Program-made: the position numbers and the translations under genes
DNA from: Chrysemys picta bellii
Taxonomy: Eukaryota
DNA: 64,000 nt
Assembly (NCBI RefSeq): GCF_011386835.1
Contig: NC_088797.1
Location: 30,504,001 to 30,568,000 of the forward strand
Direction: 5' to 3'
Shown here: positions 10,363-22,600 of the stretch, piece by piece
How positions within the stretch are numbered: position 1 is the first letter of the stretch
Layout of the letters: every line of letters begins with the position of its first letter
The notes under the pieces: generated by a model
Seen by the model: the letters and a program-made list of their open reading frames with translations, nothing else
Database searches by the model: none
Told to the model about the DNA's origin: nothing

Positions 10363-12472
10363 ATGGACCCTGAGATCTCCATCATGCTGCAGTGTCCGTC
10401 TCCCAAGGGCCTGGCAGAAACAGAGGTGCGGGCTGAGCTCTCCCCAGCCTACGACCGGCGCCAGCTGCCCGGGGGCCAGGCCTGGATCGACGCTGTCTGG
10501 GAGGCCCGGTGCCGCCACAGCCCCTGGCTTTTCAACGGCTCCAAATTCCGGCTGCATTCAGCCCAGCTGGATGGGGGCTCCCTGACCTTTCGTCTGGGCC
10601 TCACCTGCTACAAGGACTTTCTGGGTACCAACCGGGCTGGCATGGCCAGGCACCTCCAGCAGCAGGGGCGGCAGGACTTTGGGGACAGCCAGGCCTACCT
10701 GGCGGAGCCGCTGGGAGTGGGCGCCATGGTGCATACCGCTGATGACTGCTTCGTCTTCCTACGGCGCAGCCTGAAGGTGGGCGAGGCGCCTGGCCTCATA
10801 GACATCCCCGGGGGGCATCCTGAGCCACAGGTGGGTTCACCCAGCACCCCTAGAATGGAAAGGCCCCAGATCCCATTCCCCACCCCCTGAGTCAGTCAGT
10901 TCTCCCCCACCCTGGGAAACCTTAACTCCCACCGCCTGCCCCCATTGCACATCTCCTGGACTCCCTGTAAGCGTAGGAATGTTTTTTCCCTGGCATCCAC
11001 CTCCCTTGCTGTGTTCCACTCCAGAGGTGCATTTCCTGACCCTGGGCTCCTTCCTCTGCTGCAGGCTGTGGTGGGGGATGTCCCAGAAGAATCCATCCGT
11101 TTGCAGGATCTCCCCAGACAGATGGTTGTCAAGGAGATCTTCAACTCCATCCTGCGGGAGATCCGAGATGAGGTGAGAGATGTGGGGTATTGGCTGTTGG
11201 TGTCTCTGTGCTCTGCTGCCCCTCACTAACCCGCCTCCCTGCTCCATAGGTCAACCTGCCACTGCCCACCCTAAGCCAGCCAGTGCTGCTGGGCATCGCT
11301 CGGAACCAGACCAGCGCAGGTCGGGCCAGCGCTGAGTTCTATGTCAGGTAATGGGGCTAATTCAGTGCACAGAAAGGCCAGGAGGGCTATGCTAGGCACA
11401 GGGAGAGCTCAGGAGGCAGAGGTCCACTTTGGTGGATCTGGCTCAGGCACTGTTGATTCAATTGGTGGCTTATACCCATGTCCTGACTGTTTGGATCTAG
11501 AAGCTAGAGGAACCCTGAACTGGTGATAGATCCAATCAGCAATTGGGGTGCAACCTCTCTCCACATCCTGGGGCCCTGACTTCCTCTACCATATCCTCCC
11601 CACCCCCAGCCAAAATAAATATACTAGCATGGCGCCAAGATTGGGACCTCACATTGTGCCAGGCGCTGCACAGACCCTGACTGAGATTGGAGGCCCCCCA
11701 TCATGCCAGGTGCTGCACAGACACACAGTGAGACAGTCCTTGCCCTGAGGAGCTTGCAGTCTAACTAGACAGAAGAAGGATCGTTATCCCCATTTTAAAG
11801 ATGGGGAAACTGAGGCACATAGCAGGGATGCAACTTGTCCAAAGTATCTGAGAGTCAGTGGCAGAGCTAGGAATAGAACCCAGGTGTCCTGAGCTGTTAC
11901 CACAAGGTCAGGCTTCAACTTTGCTGCACATAGGAACAGAGAATAAACAGGTGCAGCTGCCATTGGGCCTCAGGTCGCGGTTGTCTCTGTTCTGCTAATG
12001 GAGCCGCCCCATGTCCCAGGTGCAGTCTGACGTTGGAGCAGGTGAAGCAGAGATATGAGATCGGGGGGCCTGAAGCTCAGGAATCCACCGGCATCATCTT
12101 TATCAAGAGAGAGGTAAGGGGAGGCACAGCCTGGCAGATGGGAATAGAACCCAGGAGTCCTGACTCCCAGTCCCCCTGCTCTAATCCACTGGACCCCATT
12201 CCCCTCTTAGACCTGGGAATTGAACCCAGGAGTCCCGGGGGAGTCCCGGCTCTCCCAGCTCCCGTGGTCGATAAGGGTCACACATGAGCTCTGGGTGGTG
12301 CCGGCAGGTACCCTGCCTCCCTGCTCCCTGGCACTGATCCCATGGTGTCCCTGTGCTTCCCCTGCAGGACGTCCTGACTCTGGAGCAGACCGGAGGGATG
12401 TGGAGGGAGCTGTGCCCATCTGCCAAGGGGGCTGTCAGACTCTACACCCTGGTTCAGGGTGGGGGGCAGTGA
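10363..12472 (+). CDS. NUDT22: Nudix hydrolase 22 (UDP-glucose/UDP-galactose hydrolase), 5 coding exons, 290 aa
   Basis: Coding exons 10363-10830, 11065-11172, 11250-11347, 12020-12113 and 12368-12472 total 873 nt, with all introns GT-AG and phases consistent. The peptides [51 protein letters not shown] and ELCPSAKGA match remembered human NUDT22. The exon 2 acceptor is at 10316/10317. Confidence 0.96.
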
Positions 12473-12673
12473 CAGGAAGGGGACTGACCTCCCCGGGCCA
12501 CCATGGGGGCTTCTCTGTGCCAAACTGAGCATCGACAGACCCTGCAAGCTCTCTGCACATGCCAGCCCTATGTCATGGAGCCAGCAGGAGGGGGATCACT
12601 GCAGGACCAGACTCTCCAGGGGCAGGGCCCAGTTCTGGCTGTTTTAGCCATGGCTGTTGAGAACCCATCTCCC

Positions 12674-12679
12674 AATAAA
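12674..12679 (+). terminator. NUDT22 polyadenylation signal
   Basis: AATAAA about 200 nt after the stop codon. Confidence 0.75.
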
Positions 12680-14814
12680 GAACTTATTCTTTGACGGCAG
12701 TGGCAGGTGCTAAGCCTCTGGCATGATCCCATTTCCCAGAATGCACTGGGCTGGCCCAGCCCTGAAGGAGGCAGCAGCACTTCCCCATAGCCTCCTATCT
12801 GGATGATCTCGGCCAGCTGCCATCAGAGCTGAACTGTGTGTGTGTGTGTTGAGGGGGGACGACTGGCTAGCCCAGAGGAGTGTGGAATGGGATTTGGGGC
12901 CTTTCCCCTCTAGGGGGCACTGGCTGGGGGATAGGATACACTTTAGCCCAGCCCCTTTCCCAAGGGCTACATGAGCTCTAAGGGAATCCCAATCCCCAGA
13001 GGGGGGCTGGTGCACCCCGGAGACTCTGATGGTTCCCCCAGCTCTCTGGTCTGCATTGTCCAGTCTTACCATGCAGCAACCCCTCAGCTGGCCCTCTTGC
13101 CCCAGGGCTGGATATAGCACTAGTCTCTCATGATGATAATACAAAAGCCTCTGCTCCATCTCCCCTCTCAGAGCCAGGGAAAGAAACTAGGAGTCCTGAC
13201 TCCCAACCCCATGTTCTAACCACTGGACCACACACACCCCGCTCAGGTAGAGAAGGATCAAAATTCCTGGGGCCAGTGGGGAGTGGGGTCTAGTGGTTAG
13301 ATCTGTGCAGGGTCTTTCCCCAGTCAGAGTTGGGCAGTGGATGGGGTTGTCCCTGCACACCTATGACATCACATTAATGGCTGGAGGCGTCAGCCATAGG
13401 CGTCCTGGGATGCTGGGGCCCTGGAGACATTAATCCTGGTCTCGGCCGGCCCAAGGGCAGCTCAGCCCCTAATCGGCTCAAGGAGGGGGTGAATGGCTAG
13501 TTTGATGGTGAGGCCTGGAATCCTGGCTCGTTAATTGTGTTCAAGCTGCCAATAAGCTGGATAATCGGAGCTGAGTGGGGAGGAACGGCTAAAGCCTTGA
13601 GATGCGGGCCTTCTCTCGCGCCTCCCAGCCTAGGATCACTCCTGTGGGAGCCTGTGGACTATGCATGGATCCTTCCCACCAACCCCATCTGTCCTGAGTT
13701 CCCTCGGTCTTCTCCCCATAAATTGCATTAATCTGCCATGCCCCAACCCTGGGAGAAATTGAGGGACAGAGAAGGTGATGGATGTACCTGATATCACACA
13801 GCGAGGTGGTAAAGTCAGGAATAGAACCTACACGTCCTGATGCCCAGCTCCGCTGCTGTAACCACTAGGATGCCCTCCCTACCCAGAGCAGATAGTAAAT
13901 TATTATTATTATTATTATCATCATCATATTCTTTGCAACTGCCTTGGCTGGTGGAATGAACTAGGCCAAGGGTGTGTGAGTCAGGGCCTCCCCCAGCCGT
14001 CCATATCAGTGGGTGGTGCTGGGGAAAGGGCTCTGTGCAGCAAGGAGGTGAAAGGTGACTCCAGGAGCACAAGCCCTGGGCCGACACGAGGTGCTGCCAC
14101 AAGCCAACCTGACTCACTGAGTCACCTCCTGCTGGCCAAGGGCTGCTGTCATGGCCTCAGCTCCTGCTCCCCCCCCCCAACATTAACCCCTAGACCTCAC
14201 TCCCCGCCCCATGCTGAGGACAGAACTCAGGACTCCCAGTCCCTGCCCAGGGAGTGGATTGCACAGTATGGGGTACCTCACCCTTAGCCTCAGTTTACCT
14301 GTTCTTAATTTCACCCCATTTTTTCCTCATTTCCCCCACAACACCCTCCTTTCCTGCCCTTTCCCGTCTCCCACTGCCCCAGCTTATGGTGGGGCTGGCA
14401 TCTGGGATGCTTCCTTCTGCAGCGGAGCCTTGGCCCTTCAAACCCCCTTTGCAAACAGGAGACCTGGCAGCCAGAGCTGGAGCTGCCTGCAAAGCGGATG
14501 TGGGGCGCCACCGTGTGTGGCCAGGCAGCACTGCTGGGCCTGCTGCAGGGGTCCAGACCCAGCCCAGAGTAGAGAGGAAAAGGGGATGGACAGAGAGACA
14601 GTGGTGGAGGGGGATGGATGGGTGGGTATGGGGATAGACAGGCAGGCAGATGGGAAGAGTGACCTGAAGAAGAGCCCTGTGAAAGCTTGTCTATTTCAGC
14701 AAGGGAAGTTGGTCTAATAAGCGCTATTACCCCACATGCCCTGTTTGGCTCAGATAGGTGGGCCTGGGGCTAGACAGACAGTCATAGGCAGGGATGGAAG
14801 ATGAACCCTGCTTC

Positions 14815-15104
14815 TAGGAACCCCCGCCCCCCATTATTCCACATTTGCCCAGTAGGGGGAGCCTCCCCCCGCTCCCGGCAAGTGCCGCTGGCGCATGCAG
14901 GAGCTGGAATACCGGGCTAGATTGGTTCCCACTGCTGGCCAGTTTCTACCTGAAAGACTACAACCCCCAGAGGCCTTTGCGGCCCCAAAGCTGGGCCTCC
15001 AGGTCACGTATTTGTCCATGATGCTTGGTGGGTGGGGCTGGAGCCGTTGAGTTCAGTTTGCAGCTGTGGGTTACTGGGAGACTGGCAGTCTGGTCTGGGA
15101 CTGG
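14815..15104 (+). promoter_or_regulatory. Candidate TRPT1 promoter and non-coding first exon
   Basis: GC box CCCCGCCCC at 14822-14830, NRF1-like GCGCATGC at 14891-14898, ATTGG at 14921-14925, ZNF143-like ACTACAACCCCCAG at 14957-14970, donor TGG|gtaact at 15104/15105 and candidate acceptor ctctag| at 15417. Confidence 0.5.
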
Positions 15105-15164
15105 GTAACTGCCCCCAGGCAAGGGGACGCTGAGAAAGAGGAGGAAGGGAGCGAGAGAGCTGGG

Positions 15165-15395
15165 GAGTGGGATTGGTGGGGAAGGGGGGAGGAGAGTGGG
15201 ATTGGTGGGGGGAGGGGATCTGGGGGACCGGGCAGAAGAGTGGATTGGTGGGGGAGGGGGCAGGAGAGTGGGATTGGTGGAGAGGGGGCTCTGGGGGAGG
15301 GGGCAGGAGAGTGGGATTGGTGGGGGAGGGGGGTTCTGGGAACAGGAGGAGGCAGGAGAGTGGGATTGGTGGGGAGGGGGGTTCTGGGAACAGGG
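15165..15395 (+). repeat. G-rich minisatellite (GAGTGGGATTGGTGGGG core, 6 copies)
   Basis: ATTGG at 15172, 15201, 15244, 15273, 15316 and 15365. Confidence 0.9.
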
Positions 15396-15465
15396 TAACT
15401 GCCTGGGGGCACTCTAGGGAGGCTGAGGCTGTACAGAGCACAGGAGCAGGGTGGGAACGACTAGT

Positions 15466-18400
15466 ATGGATCCAGGGGGGGCAGAATCTCAGCAGCCTCT
15501 CCCTAGGGCTCTTGGGAGAGGGAGCCGGAAGTCTGGGAGTCGAAAGAGGCAGCAGAACCAGGTTAGAGCCAGTCACAATCTCCCCTGCCCCTGACTCTAA
15601 ACTCCAGCCAGTCTTCTCCCATGGCTAAGCTGGTGACACCTGTCTCCATGGCCAGACTTCTTGCAGGGGTTCCCCCCTCCAGTTCAGGGTTGGTTGGGTG
15701 GGGCCGGCAAGAGATGACAGGAACCCCTCCCTAGGAGTGAGTTGGGAATAGAACCCAGGAGTCCTGGCTCCCAGCCCCCTTACTGTAACCCATTAGACCC
15801 CTCTCCTCTAACAGAGTTGGAAATAGAACCCAGGAGTCCTGGCTCCCAACCCCCTTACTCTAACCCATTAGACCCCTCTCATCTTTCTACTGAGGCTTCT
15901 GGAGGGAGGGGGGAGAGTTATGTGGGGATCCCTCTGGGATGAGCCCCCCTCCCCCCCCACACTCCCTCCATTCTCTGTCCCCATCTCTCTTTCAGAACCC
16001 AGATGTCCGTCTGTCCAAAGCCTTGTCCTATGTTTTGCGTCATGGAGCAGCCCAGCTGGGACTGGAGATGGGTGCTGGTAAGTGCACCCATACTCCCACG
16101 CATCTGCTCCCCCTGGCCCTGCAGGCAGGCTTCAGGACAGCATCTCTCCTATGGAGAGAAAGCTACTGAACCCCAGCAGAAAGGGCTGAGACAGGGGACC
16201 CTCTGCTTAGGTACAACCCCCCCATAGCTGACATGGGATCCCTGGCTCTCCTACCTACCCCTGGGGCCTGAAAGTTCAGGGGGTCATCATGGGGGGCACT
16301 TGGTATTGGTGCATGTGCTTCCTGTGCCCAGAGAGGTGTTGGGAAAGAGAGCATAGAGAAGGAGACTAGGGCTGGGCCTGCGATCCACAGACTCATTGCA
16401 CTAAACAGCCCAGTCCCCTGCTCCAGAGGCTGTGTGCCCCCGCAGGTTATTGGGGACAGGGGTGTGCTGACATGAACTGGCCTGCCCTCTGCTGGAGGGC
16501 CCATGGATGGGCACTGCCCCAGGACACCGGGATTCTTCAGCCCCTTAGTGCCCTGGGTTGGGTGTGAGGAGAGCCTGAAGGGGTGGGAAGGGGTAGGGCA
16601 TCTTGTGGAGGCCAAGCTGGTCTTTTCCCTCAACCACCCCCAGTGGATTGCAGAGGGAGATGATGGGGTTAGATGGACCTTGGCATAGTTGGGGCGGGAG
16701 ATGAGGTAGATCAGATCAGATCAGGGGAGGGATGGGTTAGAGCATGTGAGGACAGGTTAGGTGTAGGCCTTACCAGTGAAGGTTGGAGGGATGAGTAGGA
16801 GCTGCAAGGGGGTGTCAGTCTCGGCCGCACTGGTTGGGGATGCAAAGGGGGTTTAGATCTTGGCTTAGCCAGTTGTGCGGGAATGGGATAGGGCATGCAA
16901 GGAGGGGCAGATCTCACCCTCGCTGGTTGTGGGGACAGGGAGGATGTGACAGGATGAATGGGGCGGGGGGTTGGGGTGTGGGGATGGGGACAGGGCAAGC
17001 AAGGGGGGCAGGTCTCTGCCTAGCCCCTCGAGGTGTGGGGATGGGGCAAGTCTCAGCCTAGCCCATTGTGGGGGTGGGAGAGGACAAGTGAGGGGGCGGG
17101 CAGCAGGTCTCGGCCTAGCCCATTGGGGTGTGGGGAAGGGCCAGGTTTCAGCCTAGCCCATCAGAGTGCGTGGAGGGGGCAGGTCTCTGCCTAGCTGGTC
17201 TTATCTGTCTCCCCTCCCTAGATGGGTTCGTAGACGTGGCTGCCCTGCTGAGCCTGCCCCGCTTTGGGGGTGTCTCTGTGGCCGATGTGCGACACGTCGT
17301 GGAGACTAACGAGAAGCGCCGCTTTGCCCTGCGCTCCCACCCTAGTGACGGGCGCTTGCAGATCCGTGCCAACCAGGGGCACTCACTGCAGGTGCTGGGG
17401 GAGGGGTGGTGGGTAGCAGAGAGGGACCCCTCTTCTGGGGAAGCGTGGGGGGAACTGAGTGGAGTGGGCAGTGGGAATCCTACAACCTGGGGTCCCAGAG
17501 CATGCGGGATGGGTCAGAGCAGGATCCTCATTCTCCCAGGATGAGGAGTCAGGGGGAAGGACAGGATCCTTGCTTCAGGGGATGGGGGGCAGGGGCACCT
17601 TGGACATAAGAAGGGGCAAGAGAATGGTGGTTAAGGGGAGCACAAAAAGGGACTCCAGGCCAAAAGCATCATTGTGATATCCCTGCAATCCCTCACTAGC
17701 AGGTGTCAGAGCTAGAGCTGATCCCACTGCTGGAGCCCACAGCCCTACCCCAGACCATGGCCCATGGCACTTACCTGCGGCACTGGCCGGCCATCTGCCA
17801 GGGGGGCCTTTCCCGCATGGGGCGCAACCATATCCACCTAGCACCTGGGCTGCCCGGGGATGGACATATCCTCAGCGGTGAGTGTGCACGTTGTACTGGG
17901 GAGAGAACCCAGGAGTCCTGCCCCCCTGTCCCTGGTGCAGTAGTGGGGAGCTTTCTTTGGGGATGGAGGGGCTATGATCCCGAGGGACACTGGTGGTTCT
18001 GTGTACAAAGCCCAGTCAGCTGGGGGGATGTGTGTGGGTCTAGGAGTTGCTCCCCATAGCCCGCTTTTGACCACCTCTTTGACTATTGGTCCACAGGGAT
18101 GAGGCAGGACTGTGATGTGGCTATAGTGATCAATGGGCCCCAGGCGCTGGCAGGTGAGTAAGGGGAGTGGGGTGGGGGTGAGAGTCTCTGGTGGAAACCA
18201 AGAAGTTTCCTTAACCCTTCCAACTGAGGCACCTATCTTCTCAGCAGCAGAACCCAGGAGTCCTGGCTCCCAGCCCCCTCCTCTAACCACTCAACCCCAG
18301 TCCCTGCCCTGAGTGGAGGATAGAACCCAGGTGTCCTGGTTCCCATGACCCTGTGTGTTGCTTCCCCCTGCAGATGGGATCAAGTTCTATCGCTCAGCTA

Positions 18401-19042
18401 ATGGTGTCATCCTCACACCGGGTGATGCTGAAGGCCTCCTGCCTCCCCAGTACTTCCAGAGAGTCCTGCAGCTCCGGCCTGACAGTAAGAGTCTCCCCCA
18501 CCCTGCCTCCTACCTTCTCGGGAGGGGGGGGGGATTGGCATTGTGGGTAGGATAATCTCTGACCTCTCCATCACCCCATGAGCCCCACCCACTAGAAAGA
18601 GGGGAAGGGACTCGTCCAAAGTCATATAGCAAGTGGGGAGTAGGACCCAGCAGTCCTGACTCCCACTCCCCCTGCTCTAACCCACTAATTTCCACTCCCC
18701 TTCCCACATTGGGGATAGAACCCTGGAGTCTGGGGAGCAATTCCCACCCTTCCACAGAGTCACAGACCTGCCCAACATAGTGAGAGCTTGGTTTATTACT
18801 CTGTGTTTGCAGTCCCAGCCGACATGCCTGGCTGGCAACTCGTGGCAGAATCCAAGTAGCTGTGGCTTTGATCCTCTTCCAGGGAGTGGCAGAGAAGTGC
18901 CCATGGGCCAGTGTGGGGTGGAGGGTCCTGTCATTCCCTGGCATGGTTGGCAAGGGCAGGTGGGTGCAGGAAAGCCAGCTGCTGCCAACACCTTTCTGTA
19001 TTCTTCTTCTCTCTTTCAGGGCGTCTGCTACCCCTCAAGTGA
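15466..19042 (+). CDS. TRPT1: tRNA 2'-phosphotransferase 1 (Tpt1/KptA family), 7 coding exons, 237 aa
   Basis: Exons 15466-15561, 15996-16077, 17222-17391, 17703-17877, 18097-18153, 18374-18484 and 19020-19042 total 714 nt. Motifs [33 protein letters not shown] and [13 protein letters not shown] are present. The first coding exon (MDPGG...QQNQ) is assigned by phase and position and is less certain. The protein ends RRLLPLK*, without the human C-terminal tail. Confidence 0.94.
17005..17200 (+). repeat. Degenerate minisatellite in the TRPT1 intron 16078-17221
   Basis: Five copies of CAGGTCTCnGCCTAGC(CC) at about 35-55-bp spacing. Confidence 0.7.
18792..18797 (-). terminator. Probable FERMT3 polyadenylation signal, inside the last TRPT1 intron
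   Basis: First canonical AATAAA on the minus strand after the FERMT3 stop; an AATACA variant lies at 18997-19002. Confidence 0.5.
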
Positions 19043-19693
19043 CCCCCACAGGGCCGAGCCGGCTCCAGGGTCATGACATGGAGGAGAATCAGGGCAGGAG
19101 AGAGCAGTGTAAAATAACATCCCTATTGTTCCATCTGCTGCAGCCTGTTTAACCATCTCTCTGCTGGATTTGCCGCACGCCCCGCCTCCCCCCCAAACAC
19201 ACACACTGCTGGGGTAGGGGGTGCTGGCTGGGGACCTGTACTCCCCTTTCCATAGAGCACATGCAGGAGTGCTGGGGTGGCAGGGGGCACGAGAAGGGAT
19301 GGGTGGATTAAGGGGTGGCTTGGGCAGGAGTTGTGTAGGCTATTGAGGGGTAGGTGTTGGGGCATTATGTGTAGGGAATTTGAGGGGGGTAGGTGTTGGG
19401 GTGGCTGGGTTGGTTAGCTGGGTTTGTATGGAAACGTGGAGGCTGGGGTTTTGGTGCATGGGGGAGGGGCTTGGGAATGTGTGTGTAGGGATTGGTGGGC
19501 TGGTTAAGTTCTGTATGGGGAGGAGGGTGGGTGTGTTGGGGATAGGAGGGTAGGTCGTTGTGATGGGTGGGTGAGGGGTCCATTGTACAGATGGCTGCTC
19601 CCTCCCTGTAGGTGGGGCCAATGTTGGCCCCAGCTCTCCCCCCTCCCTGTTGCCCCCTGGTACCCAGCAGGAGATGGGAACAGTGCTGAGTGC

Positions 19694-22600
19694 TCACAGG
19701 GCCTCGTGGCCCCCTGTCAGCTTGTAGAAAAGCTCCTCGTCGAGGCCCCGGCCCTTGTCGGTGGAGCGGGTGGACAGGAAGATGTACCCCCCGATGTACT
19801 CGTGCACGATATTGCAGCCGGCCGACACGCTGCTGAATGCCACATTGATGTGCTCATCAAATTCAATCGCCACCTGGGAGAGAGGACAGTAGTGAGGGGC
19901 TGGTTGGGGAAAAGAACACAGGAGTCCTGGCTCCCACCTTTTAGTGTTAGGAACTGGGGAACCTTTTGGGGAAGAAGTAGCTTGTACCGGGGGAGAATGG
20001 ACTCCACCTTAACCAAAATGGAACCAGACTACTGGCATGCAAAATTAAAAAGGCCGTAGAGGAGTTTTTAAACCAAGAGCTGGGGGTAAGCAGACAGGTG
20101 TGGAGGAGCATATGGCTCAGTAGAGACATTCCTTAGGGATGAATTTATTCAAGGGCAAACTCAGTATCTTAAGATAGGAAAGAAGTTGGTAAAGTACAGA
20201 TAGGAGCTAGTAAGGAACGGTCAAACATACGACTCTCATTTAAACATAACACATGAAGGCAAGCAACTAAATATTGACAAAATGTACAAGGGCTTACATA
20301 CTAATGCTAGAAGGCTAAATACTAAGATGGGTGAACTCGAGTGCCTGGCATTAAATGAGGATATTGGTATAATAGACATTACAGAAACTTGGTGAAATGA
20401 GGCTAATCAATGGGACATGGTAATACCAAGGTATGAAATATATAGGAATGACAGTAGGTCATGCTGGTGGGGGTGAGGTGGCACTACATGTTTTAAAAAA
20501 ATAAAAATAAAAGGGAAAACCTTAAATGAATCAAACTACTGTAAAATCTCTCTGGGTAGAAATTCCAAGCTTGAATGAATAATAAGAGGATTGCAGTAGG
20601 AATATACTACTGACCACGAGCGTGACCGTGATTGTGAAATGCTAATGGAGGTTTCAGGGGCTACAAAACCAGAAATCACAGTAGTAATGGGTGATTTCAA
20701 CTATCCTCATATTGACTGGGTAAATGTCACCTCAGAATGGGGATGCAGAGATGACCCCCCCCCCCCCGTAAATGGCTGCTTCCTGGTGCACCTAGTCTTG
20801 TAACCCACAAGGGGAGAGGCCATTCTTCAACTGACTATGTAGCAATATTGCTGAAAAGGATGCGAGGATTACAATGGATCACACATTGAATGTGAGTCAG
20901 CAGCTGCAGAAATGGCTAATATTCTGGGGTGTCGCAAGAGTGTTGCATGTAAGATATGGGAAATAATTGTCCTTCTCTACTTGGCACTGGGGAGGCCTCA
21001 GCTGCAGTACTGTGCCCAGTTCTTGGCAGCACACTTTAGGAAAGATGGGAACAAACTGGAGAGAGTCCAGAGCAGAGCTATGGAAATGATAAAAGGTTTA
21101 GAAACCCTGACCTAGGAGGAAAGGTTAAAAACACTGGGCTTGTTTAGTTATGAGAAAAGAAGACAGAGGGGACCTGCTAATAGTCTTCCAATATGCTAAA
21201 GGCTACTACAAAGAGAATGGTGATTAATTGTTCTCCATGGTCCCTGAAGGCAGGATAAGAAGTCATCCTTAATCTGCAGCAAGGGAGACTCAGGTCAGAC
21301 ATTAGGGAAAAACTTTCTGACTAAGGGCAGTTAAGCTCTGCAACAGGCTTCCAAGGGAGGTTGTGGAATCCCCATCACTGGAAGTTTTAAGAACAGGTTC
21401 GACAAACACTTGTCAGGGATGGTGGAGGTTTATTGGTCTTGCCTCAGCACAGTGGGCAGGACTTGGTGACTTCTCAAGGTCCCTTCCAGCCCTACATTTC
21501 TGTGATTTTGTAGACCCACTCGCCTCCCAGAGCCAGGCAAGAGACTCCAGGAGTCCTGGAGCCCAGCCTCCACGGGCACTGGAGAGAAGATGACCCAATA
21601 CAATTGTGTCTCCTAGGGCATTCCCCTACACCCGCTCTCCCTGTGCCAGATTCCATAATGGCTTGGCATGCTCCTTATAGGCCCCGCACCCTCTTCCCTG
21701 CACTGACCTGACGGATGTCCCAGTTGACATTCCACTGGCGCATGTTGCTGTACCGCCAAGTCTTCACCACGTCTCCCACGGCCAGGTCGATTCGGATCAG
21801 ACGATTATTGGCGATGCCCAGGATCTCATCCTTCCTACTGCCCTTGAACCTGTGGAGCATGGAGGGGCTGGGGGTCAGGACTCCTGGTTTCTATCCCTAG
21901 CTCAGTGGGGAGAAGAGTGAGTGGGTTGGGGATGAAGTGAAAGGGCTGGGCATCAGGACTCCTGGGTTGTATTGCAGTTTGGGGGTGGGGAGCAGCAGTC
22001 TATGGATTAGAGCAGGAGAGGCTGGGGGTCAGGACTCCTGGTTTCTATCCCCAGCTCAGTGGGGGAGAGGAGTGAGGTTGAGTGGGTTGGGGATGGAGTG
22101 GAAGGACTGGGCGTCAGGACTTCTGGGTTCTATCCCTGGCTCTGTAGGGGAGTGAAGTGGGGTCCAGTGGTTAGAGCGGGGGGGGGGGGGGAAGGAGTCA
22201 GGACTCCTGGGTTCTACCCTTGGCTCTGTGGGGAGGGGTGCCTCACCTGACCACAAAGTAGGAGATGCCGAAATCAGGCAGCGACTGCCAGGCCTGGATA
22301 AACCTCATCTTGGCCTCGGTGAGTGAGAGCTGGGCCACGTTCTGATGGGCTTCCAGGATGCGCGGGGTTAACTGTGGGCAAGAGACATGGGTCAGTGTTT
22401 CACTGTGTTCCAGGCCTGATCACTGCTTGGATGGGAGACCTCCCGGGAGAATGGTGTGGGGGGGTGCTCCCCTCACAGTCATTGCTGGCCCCATTACCCA
22501 AGTGCAACGGAAGGGGGCGCTGTGCTGCAAGGAGCAGGGCAGGGTGGGGGGCTCAGCAGAGGGGGTTCTGCCCTTGCAGTCAGTGCCGTCCCCATTAGGG

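Noticed and set aside
15004-15628. Several 110-190 aa Pro- or Gly-rich ORFs
   Set aside because: They are translations of the G-rich minisatellite.
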